Origin: a virus
Taxonomy: Duplodnaviria > Heunggongvirae > Uroviricota > Caudoviricetes
Virus record (IMG/VR): IMGVR_UViG_3300027156_000002
DNA length: 64,000 bases
Direction: 5' to 3' (one strand)
In this document: positions 53,852-62,617 of the stretch, piece after piece
Numbering within the stretch: position 1 is the stretch's first letter
Layout: every line of letters starts with the position of its first letter
Notes under the pieces: generated by a model
Seen by the model: only the letters and a program-made list of their open reading frames with translations
What the model was told of the DNA's origin: nothing
Databases searched by the model: none
Made by a program: the position numbers and the translations under genes

Positions 53852-53917
53852 ATTATACACCTTTTCTGAATTAAAGTAAAGCACTAAATTTAATAACCCT
53901 ACTTCTTGCAGGGTTAT
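53852..53917 (-). promoter_or_regulatory. Main promoter of the tRNA array with upstream palindrome
   Basis: TTTACT-17-TATAAT 53880-53852; ATAACCCT-N9-AGGGTTAT 53893-53917. Confidence 0.8.
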
Positions 53918-53991
53918 TATTTTCAGCCAGTAATCTATTTAGTCAAATTTTACCTGTGTTTTGAATAAAAGTAAAATAAATGTGAAAAAAT

Positions 53992-54073
53992 CTGTTGTTA
54001 TCGGACAACAGAAAAACCGACGTCTGTTTAGGTAGTACGCTTACCTTAAATTATTGTTGTTTTCGGACAACAA
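53992..54073. repeat. Two tandem palindromes TGTTGT-N6-ACAACA
   Basis: CTGTTGT-TATCGG-ACAACAG (53992-54011) and TTGTTGT-TTTCGG-ACAACAA (54054-54073). Confidence 0.7.
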
Positions 54074-54091
54074 TCAAACCGAGAATGGTTA

Positions 54092-54364
54092 TCACGCTTC
54101 TTGTGCTTTCGCTGCGTGCTTCGCCATTCTATCTGCGATGTATGTGTAGTGTTTCATTGTGAGAGTGTCTCCATCATCACTTTCTTGCACAACTGCATCT
54201 ACCAAGTGTACGATATCATCGTCACTCTTTGCATATGCCATTGACCAAGATAATAGACGATGCAACAAATTGTGATCTATACAAATAGTTCCATCATCCA
54301 TTTTTTCTACAACAATGGTTTTTACCATTTTTTTCATTTTCGTTCTCCTTAAATTATACGCCAA
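54092..54364 (-). CDS. Hypothetical protein
   Basis: Likely start MKKMVKT, after an AAGGAG SD. Confidence 0.55.
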   Translation of the reverse strand: MAYNLRRTKMKKMVKTIVVEKMDDGTICIDHNLLHRLLSWSMAYAKSDDDIVHLVDAVVQESDDGDTLTMKHYTYIADRMAKHAAKAQEA

Positions 54365-54846
54365 CCATCTCTAAACAATAATCTTACCGTTTCATTGGAA
54401 ACTTGTATGATGCAGTTTTGATATCCATCGATCAATGTTCCATCATCTGTAGTAATTGTAATTTTACGATTACCCAGTGGTGGTTTCATTTCAGCTTTAA
54501 CAATAATAACTTTACCCTTTACAGGATTTGTTGGTAATGTTATTGTAGTAGCTTTTTCTGCATCAACACCAATATAACAATCATCTTCAGCAACGTTGTA
54601 AGATTCGCTTACAAGTGTAGCATTTAAAATACAGTTTGAATCGTCTTCTCCTGTGACGGAAATAAGACCATCCTCTGTTACTTCAATTCCGCTGCCGATT
54701 TGAACAACACCTAACTGATTCTTTGAAGCAATCTCAACATCCAAAGATACTGGCAATACACCAGTTGGTTGTATGGGAGATGGCTCAGGATTCTGCTTTA
54801 ATGCTCTTCCAGCAAGGACTGCATTTGGCGGTCTAGTGTAAGACAT
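54349..54846 (-). CDS. Paralog 4 of a small fibre/adhesin-like domain family
   Basis: YIGVD..TITLP..GKVIIVK..IDG..VRLLFRDGWRII. Confidence 0.65.
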   Translation of the reverse strand: MSYTRPPNAVLAGRALKQNPEPSPIQPTGVLPVSLDVEIASKNQLGVVQIGSGIEVTEDGLISVTGEDDSNCILNATLVSESYNVAEDDCYIGVDAEKATTITLPTNPVKGKVIIVKAEMKPPLGNRKITITTDDGTLIDGYQNCIIQVSNETVRLLFRDGWRII

Positions 54847-54858
54847 CTATTTCTCCAA

Positions 54859-55383
54859 TTAAATAATATTCCACTTACCATTACGGAACACAACTGAGAG
54901 ACTTGCATAGCTAGTCAATGTTTTTGTCGCAGTTCCATCAATAAATTCAGCACCAGTACCCTTTACAGTTGTGTTACCAGATGCAGCTTCATTTTTAATA
55001 ATGTATGTTTTGCCAACAACACCTGCAGGTAATGTAATTAAAGCAGGGGTGGCAGTAACACCAATATATTCATCAGTGGCTGTTGCTGTGTAGTTTGTAG
55101 CAGTTCCAGTTGTTTTAAGAATACCTTCAGTTGCTGCAGATATTGTTACAACACCACTTGCAGCAGATAAACTAATGTTATCTCCAGCTAGAAGTTTGTA
55201 AACAACTGGTGTTCCATTGAGGGTTATGGCAGTGGTTGCATCAATCTCATCAAATGTAACATCAGATGTAATTTCAATGCTTTGTGGAATGGATATGATA
55301 CCATTTAAATCAACGTTAATATTGGATCCAACTTGAAGTTGACCAAGATCAGTTGTCGTTCCTATTGGGACTAGATATGACAT
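54859..55383 (-). CDS. Paralog 3 of a small fibre/adhesin-like domain family
   Basis: YTATATDEYIGV..ITLPAG..GKTYIIKN..IDG..SLSVVF..W.II. Confidence 0.65.
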   Translation of the reverse strand: MSYLVPIGTTTDLGQLQVGSNINVDLNGIISIPQSIEITSDVTFDEIDATTAITLNGTPVVYKLLAGDNISLSAASGVVTISAATEGILKTTGTATNYTATATDEYIGVTATPALITLPAGVVGKTYIIKNEAASGNTTVKGTGAEFIDGTATKTLTSYASLSVVFRNGKWNII

Positions 55384-55392
55384 ATTTTATCC

Positions 55393-55791
55393 TTATAAAA
55401 TTTTCCACTCAACACCAGAATACACTAGTGCCAATGAACCATATGGGACGTTGATAGTTGCAGTGGCTGCGCCATCAATAGTTCCTGCTGCTGGAGTAAT
55501 GGTGATTGGATTTGGATTATTTGCCAAACCCAACCCATCTTTAATATTAAATACACGACCTGTAACTCCAGCTGGTAGTGTCACTGCAACTGGTACTTGT
55601 GGGGTTACTTCAACTGAAACTACATCATCATCATTAGTCACTGCTACTGGAGTTGTGGTTGCAATACGAACTGCCAGAGTTTGTATGCCAGTTGCTGATA
55701 TGGTAATTTGATTTGAACCTGTTCCCGATGTCGGCGAAACAGAAATACCTGTTCCCGCAAGAATCGAGGTAGGATTATTTGAATAAGACAT
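55393..55791 (-). CDS. Paralog 2 of a small fibre/adhesin-like domain family
   Basis: VTLPAGVTGRVFNIKDG..PITI..IDG..YGSLALVYSGVEW. Confidence 0.65.
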   Translation of the reverse strand: MSYSNNPTSILAGTGISVSPTSGTGSNQITISATGIQTLAVRIATTTPVAVTNDDDVVSVEVTPQVPVAVTLPAGVTGRVFNIKDGLGLANNPNPITITPAAGTIDGAATATINVPYGSLALVYSGVEWKIL

Positions 55792-55815
55792 ATTGTTTCC
55801 TTAATCTTTTAGAGC

Positions 55816-56094
55816 TTAATGTTTAACAAAATCAGAAATCATAATACCGAGAGAAACTGCAGAAGATAGCAAAGCAAATGCTGCTGTTGTAATAGTCTTG
55901 AGAATATAAGATCGCAGATCGCTTTCTCTACTTTCAAGTTTAATCTGTCTGTCTTCAATTTCATCCATACGTGATTGAATGGAATCGTGTCTCTGACGAG
56001 AAAGAATTACATGGGCAGCAAGATTCTCGCCCTCGATGCTCTCTGGAGATTCAACCTTAGTTTTGGTGAAGATTAACATCACACAATACTCCAC
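55816..56094 (-). CDS. Coiled-coil protein with C-terminal TM helix
   Basis: SRQRHDSIQSRMDEIE..TAAFALLSSAVSLGIMI; resembles XhlA/hemolysin-like small proteins. Confidence 0.55.
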   Translation of the reverse strand: MEYCVMLIFTKTKVESPESIEGENLAAHVILSRQRHDSIQSRMDEIEDRQIKLESRESDLRSYILKTITTAAFALLSSAVSLGIMISDFVKH

Positions 56095-56513
56095 GCATCT
56101 CCATTAAAGATTACGGTGATGCTACCAAACGATGTGTTAATAGTGGCAGTGCCAATATCAACATTTTCACCTGTTCCTTGAACTATAATTGGTGTTGTTG
56201 GTGATGCATTACCATCACAATCCTTAATGATATACACAGTTCCCGTAATTCCAGTTGGTAGTGTAATAACTACTTGTCCTGCATGAGTTACACATAAAAA
56301 ATAATCTGCAAGTGTAGCAGTATACTCTGGTGTGGTGACTTCAGTTACAGGAACTGGACTTGGTTTTGCATAGTTAACGACATTGATAACATCGTTATCA
56401 TTACCACATGCTGTAGTAGGTAAAACTGGGAATGGTGGGAATGGTGGAAAATAAACCAATGGATTAATTCCCTGATATTGACTTTGATCCATACAAGCTC
56501 CAAACACACCCAC
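56079..56513 (-). CDS. Paralog 1 of a small fibre/adhesin-like domain family
   Basis: YTATLADYFLCV..ITLPTG..GTVYIIKD..PII..FGSITVIFNGDAW. Confidence 0.65.
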   Translation of the reverse strand: MGVFGACMDQSQYQGINPLVYFPPFPPFPVLPTTACGNDNDVINVVNYAKPSPVPVTEVTTPEYTATLADYFLCVTHAGQVVITLPTGITGTVYIIKDCDGNASPTTPIIVQGTGENVDIGTATINTSFGSITVIFNGDAWSIV

Positions 56514-56533
56514 CGAAGTGGGTGTTTGTTAGA

Positions 56534-57298
56534 TTATCTAATGTTAGTGTTGGTGTTAACTGGGTTAGCAGTTAGAGTACCAGAACCTACATTGATTGCT
56601 TCATTGTTGGAACGAATAGATTGTGCAAGACCCCAGATGGCATTGTATAGGTGGCCATACTGTTGTTGTTGCTGCTGTTGTTGTTGCATCTGATTGATGT
56701 TGTTAGTTGTAGTCACTTCAACACCACGAGTGCGTTCTGCTGTATCGAAACGTGCTTGTAAAGCAATTACTGCTGCGTTAGCATCAGACAACTGACGATT
56801 CAATGTTGCTTCGTATTGAGCAGTAATCAATGCACGAGTTTTGTCGCCATCATTGTTGATGTCTTGTGCCAACTGGTAACGATTTTCCATTACTTGTTGC
56901 TGAACACCATTCAACTGCTGAGCAAGAACCATAGTACCAGAGTTAACTGCTGCTTTAGTGTCATCAATACGATTCGCAAGTGATGAAGTCACATTGTTCA
57001 GTTGACTTGTAATACCGATAGTTTGAGTTGCTTGGCTCGCTTCCATTGCTGCTGTACCAACTGCTACTGCTTTATCAACAGCACCAACTGCTTGCATCAA
57101 TGACATGTTAGCCGTTACTTGCTCTGGTGGTGAACGAAGAGCTGCACCTGCTGCTCCACCATCTGCGCCGAAGAGATTTCCGTTGTTGCGTAGTAGAGAA
57201 CCGAGGATAAGACCACCGATTAAACCACCACCTCCACCGAAAAGACCATCGTTGCTGCCACCCATTAACATACCTGTTGGGGATAATACTTCTGCCAT
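56534..57298 (-). CDS. Gly-rich N-terminus / coiled-coil / poly-Gln protein
   Basis: GLFGGGGGLIGGLILG, long heptad region, QQQQQQQQ; AAAGGAAG SD. Confidence 0.65.
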   Translation of the reverse strand: MAEVLSPTGMLMGGSNDGLFGGGGGLIGGLILGSLLRNNGNLFGADGGAAGAALRSPPEQVTANMSLMQAVGAVDKAVAVGTAAMEASQATQTIGITSQLNNVTSSLANRIDDTKAAVNSGTMVLAQQLNGVQQQVMENRYQLAQDINNDGDKTRALITAQYEATLNRQLSDANAAVIALQARFDTAERTRGVEVTTTNNINQMQQQQQQQQQYGHLYNAIWGLAQSIRSNNEAINVGSGTLTANPVNTNTNIR

Positions 57299-57475
57299 TT
57301 TACTTCCTTTAAAACTTTATGAGATTTTACTACAGTGGTAGGGATACCACGTTCTAGCATGATGAATTGACGTCATTCAATGGGAAAGGTCGTGAACCTC
57401 GCCCTCTAGAACTACTTATAAAATGTAAGTGGAAAGTTTTACTTCAGGATAAAAAGTAGTGACGACTCACTATTT

Positions 57476-57778
57476 TTATGCAGCGAAGGAAGAACCGCAT
57501 CCGCAAGTTTGCTTTGCGTTGGGATTTGTGATTTTGAACGCTTGTTCAAATGCTTTGGTTTCATAATCAACTGTTGCACCAGTCAAATATTGCATGCTCA
57601 TATAGTCTACGACTACATTGTCTATAAGAAAATCATCTTCTTCTTTGTCTGAGAATTCAAACGTGTATGAATATCCAGAACAACCACCACCTTTAACAGC
57701 GATGCGAAGATAACTTTCTTGATTTTCAGCAAGTAAGTCTGTGATTTTGTTTATTGCGTTTTCTGTAACTGTAATCAT
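57476..57778 (-). CDS. iscA: A-type Fe-S carrier (IscA/ErpA, HesB family)
   Basis: GGGCSGYSY..NPNAKQTCGCGSSF. Confidence 0.93.
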   Translation of the reverse strand: MITVTENAINKITDLLAENQESYLRIAVKGGGCSGYSYTFEFSDKEEDDFLIDNVVVDYMSMQYLTGATVDYETKAFEQAFKITNPNAKQTCGCGSSFAA

Positions 57779-58161
57779 TTACATGAACACTTTAGTTCGT
57801 AGTCTTTAACTGCTGCTTTAATTGCATCTTCTGCTAAAATCGAGCAGTGAATTTTAACAGGAGGTAGTGCAAGTTCGTCAGCTATCTGGCTATTTTTAAT
57901 TTGGGATGCATCTTTGATAGACATACCCTTAACCATTTCTGTTACCAGCGATGACGAAGCAATTGCACTTCCGCAACCATATGTTTTAAACTTGGCATCA
58001 GTAATAATACCATTATCGTCAACCTTAATTTGGAGTTTCATTACGTCACCGCATGCTGGTGCACCAACCATTCCAGTTCCAACTGTTGGGTCGTTTTTAT
58101 CCAAAGAACCCACGTTGCGTGGATTCTCGTAGTGATCGATAACTTTGTTTGAATATGCCAT
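57775..58161 (-). CDS. iscU: Fe-S scaffold IscU
   Basis: HYENPRNVG..GAPACGDVMKLQI..GCGSAIASSS..LPPVKIHCS. Confidence 0.97.
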   Translation of the reverse strand: MAYSNKVIDHYENPRNVGSLDKNDPTVGTGMVGAPACGDVMKLQIKVDDNGIITDAKFKTYGCGSAIASSSLVTEMVKGMSIKDASQIKNSQIADELALPPVKIHCSILAEDAIKAAVKDYELKCSCK

Positions 58162-58170
58162 AAGAACTAT

Positions 58171-58587
58171 TTATAACTTCTTATGTGTTCTATATGCAAC
58201 TGGCTTCATTCCAACGGAATTCATACTATCAACACGACTTTTATTATTGATAGAAACAAAACTAGACAAATGAGACGCACCCAGTTTTTTACTGGATTCT
58301 TCTAAAACTTTATAGCATAGTTTATTCACACCCTGTCTACGATAATCTTTATGTGTGAAACTTAGAATTATCCAACCACAGTTTATGTCAGGTTTATACT
58401 CCCAAACAATACCACCTATAACAACCCCATGTTTTTCAACCCAAATAATTCTACTATCATTGTTAAAGGTAATAAATGGAACTGCCAAATTAGATTGTAT
58501 TAACTCAGCATATGTAGTTAGAACTAATGGCAAAGCAGGAGTCATTGCCAATTTTTCTGATGAGTGCACAACGAAGTTCTCGTTCAT
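58171..58587 (-). CDS. GNAT acetyltransferase
   Basis: SFTHKDYRRQGV acetyl-CoA-binding motif. Confidence 0.8.
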   Translation of the reverse strand: MNENFVVHSSEKLAMTPALPLVLTTYAELIQSNLAVPFITFNNDSRIIWVEKHGVVIGGIVWEYKPDINCGWIILSFTHKDYRRQGVNKLCYKVLEESSKKLGASHLSSFVSINNKSRVDSMNSVGMKPVAYRTHKKL

Positions 58588-59732
58588 TTTAATAACCCTA
58601 TGTCTTTCCTGTAACGATATTGCCCCAAATATTGATTATCAAGATAATCGTAAATAATTTTACTGGCTTTTTCTTTGGTTTCTGATACAGCAGTCAATAC
58701 TCCATGTTTTAATCCATCAGCAAAATGATCTTTACTATATGTTATATTACTTGGGATATCTTTTAAATCTGGTAAGTCGTAAGCTGGGATTGTCCAGTCA
58801 TAGTGTTTATTAATTAATGAAATAGTTACAGCTTGCTTACCATTAAATTTAATTTCTGGTAATCTATAATCACAGCTAGCATCAAGAAATAATCTTGCTA
58901 GATCGTTCTCTATACACTCAACCATCACCTGCAATTCTGGATCACCACTTCTGGTATTAATCTCCAGAATCATCGGAGTTCCATCTTTTCTAACACCAAT
59001 TCCCAAGAATATAAACCCACGATACATAAGATTCAATTTCTTGAAATGTTTGTAAATTTTATCAGCGTATTCGTGAACAATCTTATCAACGTCTTGAGTT
59101 GAATATGCGCCACAACTTACGGAGTTATACCCCACATCGCCATCATCAATTTTCTTATAATCTCTGGCTGCTCCAAAGAATCTCCAAGAATTATAATTGA
59201 ACAGCGCATGATATGAGTATTCTCTTTCCAACTCAACAAATTCTTCAACAACAACACTCGCATTATCTTTTATATGATACAGACTTTTACCGAACAAAGA
59301 GTTATAAACATCTTCTCTATTTTCTTCAGTTACAATTACAGTCTGTCTACCATAAAAATATGCGTAGTTGACTTTAACTACGAATGGTGTTTTATAATTT
59401 CTAAAATTAGTTTTTAGTTCTGCACCATTAACAAGTTCACCATTTGGCGTTGGGATATTTAAAGATCTCAACATCTTTTTGGTGACAAATTTATCATTCT
59501 CATACTCTGTGCATTTATTATTAACAAAGAAATATGGTATTTTATTATTTGTTAAAAGTGTATGAACATAACTGTCTCTACAAACAGGAATACCAGAAGC
59601 CATCACAAATTTTGGTATAGTTGTCAATTTAAGTGCTTGGTCGTAGAAAACTTCTACACTATGTCCTTGCTTTTGAAATTTTGAAGCAAGATGGTCATAA
59701 CTAGAAGATTTGGAAATAAGTGCAATATTCAT
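58584..59732 (-). CDS. Divergent PurD-like ATP-grasp amide ligase
   Basis: DK..K..IPTP, PFVVK, VVEEF, RDYKK..G.N..CGAY, GFIFLG, LEINTRSGDPE. Confidence 0.78.
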   Translation of the reverse strand: MNIALISKSSSYDHLASKFQKQGHSVEVFYDQALKLTTIPKFVMASGIPVCRDSYVHTLLTNNKIPYFFVNNKCTEYENDKFVTKKMLRSLNIPTPNGELVNGAELKTNFRNYKTPFVVKVNYAYFYGRQTVIVTEENREDVYNSLFGKSLYHIKDNASVVVEEFVELEREYSYHALFNYNSWRFFGAARDYKKIDDGDVGYNSVSCGAYSTQDVDKIVHEYADKIYKHFKKLNLMYRGFIFLGIGVRKDGTPMILEINTRSGDPELQVMVECIENDLARLFLDASCDYRLPEIKFNGKQAVTISLINKHYDWTIPAYDLPDLKDIPSNITYSKDHFADGLKHGVLTAVSETKEKASKIIYDYLDNQYLGQYRYRKDIGLLK

Positions 59733-60895
59733 ATCTTAACTATAAAATTTGGTTTCATTCTTCCGATTAAGTATTCGTGTTTAAATTGTTTCATGGCATC
59801 AGGTCTACCTTTAGAATCATAAGTTATGTATTCTGGTAGTTGCTGAGCCAAATAATCTATACCACGACTCCACATGCTCAATTCTTTTTTCATACTGGGG
59901 TTAGTTTTAAACCATATATCAAATTCAGTATTAAACCAACTCGTAGATTTATTTACTTGGAACCAATTATCATCCCAAGTTGTATATATTAAATTTCTAA
60001 GAAGCTGTTCTTGATGCGTTCTGACTGTGGCGAATGTGCTTGATTTCCAATACTGCTGAAATTTTGGATTAGTTTCTAACCAGCGTTTAACCGTATGTGC
60101 TTGTTTAGCTAACATCGGTAGAGTTTCTTTGCCCCAGTAGAATAACTCTGTTGTTAAATTGGTGTAGTCTTGATTGAAGTCATTGATAGTTGTAATGTTT
60201 ACAACTGAGTCTGGGAAATAGATATAGAAATTGTTGTCACCTTTGATTACCAACTTTGGTTTATCAAGACCAACTATCAATCCAATCTTTAAGTTTTTAT
60301 CGAATTGATTCTTCATTTCACCAAAATGGAAATAGTTGTATCTGAATAGTTGACCAATAGAAAGGTGATCGTTTCTATGAAGAACCCAATCAACATCATC
60401 AAACACATTCATTGAATTGAGGACTACTTGACTTACATCGAGAACTGTTATCTTAGTCCCTGGACATTTTTCTCTAATGTATTTTAATCTTGGAACTGCT
60501 TGGAGATCGTGTTCTGCAGCAAAGTTCCAACTGTCTTTAACATTTGGATCTAATACTGTAGTTGATTTTGTTGCTGACGTGATATGGTTAGTTACAACTT
60601 CATCAATATGCAATCCTTGACGAATGAAACTTTCAAGAATATTATTTGTGTCTGAACCACCAGAGAAACTCAAGATAATATAATCATACTTCTCTCTGAG
60701 TTCTCTGGCTCTTCTATCATACAACTGGTCAAGTGTTTCTAGTGGCTCGATATTCCATGGGAATCTTGAAAACTCATCATTATGAAAAACCCACTCAACA
60801 GGTTTGTTTACAGTCTTACCATAAAGGCAAGCATCAACCTTTGATGAAAACTCAATACCACCGCAAACATAATAACCCAAGTTTTTGTTAATCAC
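59729..60895 (-). CDS. PP-loop (asparagine-synthase-like) protein
   Basis: ARELREKYDYIILSFSGGSDT; GLDKP. Confidence 0.72.
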   Translation of the reverse strand: MINKNLGYYVCGGIEFSSKVDACLYGKTVNKPVEWVFHNDEFSRFPWNIEPLETLDQLYDRRARELREKYDYIILSFSGGSDTNNILESFIRQGLHIDEVVTNHITSATKSTTVLDPNVKDSWNFAAEHDLQAVPRLKYIREKCPGTKITVLDVSQVVLNSMNVFDDVDWVLHRNDHLSIGQLFRYNYFHFGEMKNQFDKNLKIGLIVGLDKPKLVIKGDNNFYIYFPDSVVNITTINDFNQDYTNLTTELFYWGKETLPMLAKQAHTVKRWLETNPKFQQYWKSSTFATVRTHQEQLLRNLIYTTWDDNWFQVNKSTSWFNTEFDIWFKTNPSMKKELSMWSRGIDYLAQQLPEYITYDSKGRPDAMKQFKHEYLIGRMKPNFIVKI

Positions 60896-60899
60896 ACTA

Positions 60900-61460
60900 T
60901 CACCAACTTATAATGTTCGTTGCTAAACTAATCCTCGTTTCATTCGATTTATTCTGCTCTACCATGTGACCAACATATCCTGGGAACAATATCAGTTTTC
61001 CAGTTTTGGGTTTTATCCGTTGATATTTAATTCCATCAACTTTGTGTTCAGAAATTCTATCCCATAGTGGAGCATTTCTTGGATCAACTAAAAGTAAGTC
61101 GCCACAGTTTTCTGGAGTGTATATGTAATATACAACTGCCATAACTGTGTTTCCATGATCGTGTAATGGTATATATTCGTGCTGTTTCTGACGATTAACC
61201 CATCCTCTTGTTAATTGCGGATTGAATTTAAAATATGGGTTGAATATATTCTTAGTTGATTCTTGAACTACTTTAAGAATCTTTTGTCTCAATATAGAAA
61301 TATTCTGTGTTTTCGTGTCCCATATATTAAAATTGTATGGCGAACCAACAACCTGTATATTTGCAATTTCTTGTAACAGTTTATTATTAAATTGATCGTC
61401 AAACCCAGTCTCTACTTCCCAGACTGGGGTTGACCACCATTCATGTTTTGTTACGCTCAT
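60900..61460 (-). CDS. 2OG-Fe(II) oxygenase (TIGR02466-like)
   Basis: HDH..VYY..GDLLLVDPR..LILFPGYVGHMV..RISLATN. Confidence 0.82.
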   Translation of the reverse strand: MSVTKHEWWSTPVWEVETGFDDQFNNKLLQEIANIQVVGSPYNFNIWDTKTQNISILRQKILKVVQESTKNIFNPYFKFNPQLTRGWVNRQKQHEYIPLHDHGNTVMAVVYYIYTPENCGDLLLVDPRNAPLWDRISEHKVDGIKYQRIKPKTGKLILFPGYVGHMVEQNKSNETRISLATNIISW

Positions 61461-61966
61461 TAACTATTCAAAACTTTAGCAGCAGAATTCATCACAGCAG
61501 CAATACGACCGATATCACGAAGTTGTTCTACTGTATAACCTTCCTTCTTCAATGTCTCATAATGTGCTTTAACGCAGAAGTGACACTTACCAACGATTGA
61601 AGCAGCAAGTGAGTATGCTTCGAATCTGGCTTTGGTAGTTCCACCATGTGTAGCGATTGCGTTCATGCGTAGTTGAGCAGGTAGACCAGCAAGTGCAGGA
61701 TCGTCAGCCATCTCAACATATGGATACCATACATTGTTCTGAGCCATCAGACTTGCAGCTGTCATAGCTGCATTAGCATCAGCAGGTGCATCGGCAAGCA
61801 ACACACCCAGTAGTTTACCATTACCTGTAGCAGCCAATGCAGCAACAGCACAGCCCATTGCTTCATCAACAGGTAGAGTGCTACGCAAAAGGACTGCGTC
61901 CAAGTTTAACTTGGTGTCCTTTGCGTAATCAGGTAATGCTTCTTTGACTGTGTCAATGAAAGCCAT
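61460..61966 (-). CDS. ahpD: Alkyl hydroperoxidase AhpD
   Basis: LPDYAKD.KLNL..MAQNNVWY..ASIVGKCHFCVKAH. Confidence 0.92.
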   Translation of the reverse strand: MAFIDTVKEALPDYAKDTKLNLDAVLLRSTLPVDEAMGCAVAALAATGNGKLLGVLLADAPADANAAMTAASLMAQNNVWYPYVEMADDPALAGLPAQLRMNAIATHGGTTKARFEAYSLAASIVGKCHFCVKAHYETLKKEGYTVEQLRDIGRIAAVMNSAAKVLNS

Positions 61967-62502
61967 TACAGAGTCTCCCCACCCACAGTACGATTACATG
62001 CGCATAGTTCGCCAGTCTGAAGTGCGTCAAGAACACGCAATGTTTCTTCAGGTGAACGACCTACGTTCAAGTTGTTTACAGTGATGTGTTGAATCTCATT
62101 GTTTGGATCTACAATAAATGTAGCACGTAAAGCTGCGCCAGCAGGTGCATAGAATACACCGAGTTGGTCAATCAAAGATTTATCCCATTCACGCTGAGTA
62201 TCAGCAAACTGGATATGTTTAATCTTAGAAAGATCTGGGTGTGCTTTCTGCCATGCCAGTTTACAGAACTCGTTATCTGTAGAACCAGTTAATAGAACTG
62301 CATCACGATCTGCAAAATCTTGGAATAACTTATCATATGCAACGATCTCTGTTGGGCATACGAATGTGAAGTCTTTTGGATAGTAAACGATTACTTTCCA
62401 CTTTCCTTCGAATGATTTTTCTGTAATATCAAAGAACTGATCGCTGCCTGGATTAACACCAGTGACAACGAATGGCTCCAATTTATCTCCAACTGTCTTC
62501 AT
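61966..62502 (-). CDS. ahpC: Peroxiredoxin AhpC
   Basis: YPKDFTFVCPTE..ALRATFIVDP..LQTGELCAC. Confidence 0.96.
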   Translation of the reverse strand: MKTVGDKLEPFVVTGVNPGSDQFFDITEKSFEGKWKVIVYYPKDFTFVCPTEIVAYDKLFQDFADRDAVLLTGSTDNEFCKLAWQKAHPDLSKIKHIQFADTQREWDKSLIDQLGVFYAPAGAALRATFIVDPNNEIQHITVNNLNVGRSPEETLRVLDALQTGELCACNRTVGGETL

Positions 62503-62617
62503 TAAAACTCCTTATAGGTTAAAAAATAAAATATACACTATTACTTAGTCATTGAATATATCAATTATATAACTTTTTTATATAAAATTTTTCAATGACG
62601 ATAATTTATAAAACCGA

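Noticed and set aside
56660-56695. CAG/CAA microsatellite-like tract
   Set aside because: It encodes the in-frame poly-Gln of the 254-aa protein; mixed codons argue against a slippage switch.
58584-59732. Calling this purD, a purine AMG
   Set aside because: Substrate loops are altered and no other pur genes are present; reported as a divergent ATP-grasp ligase instead.
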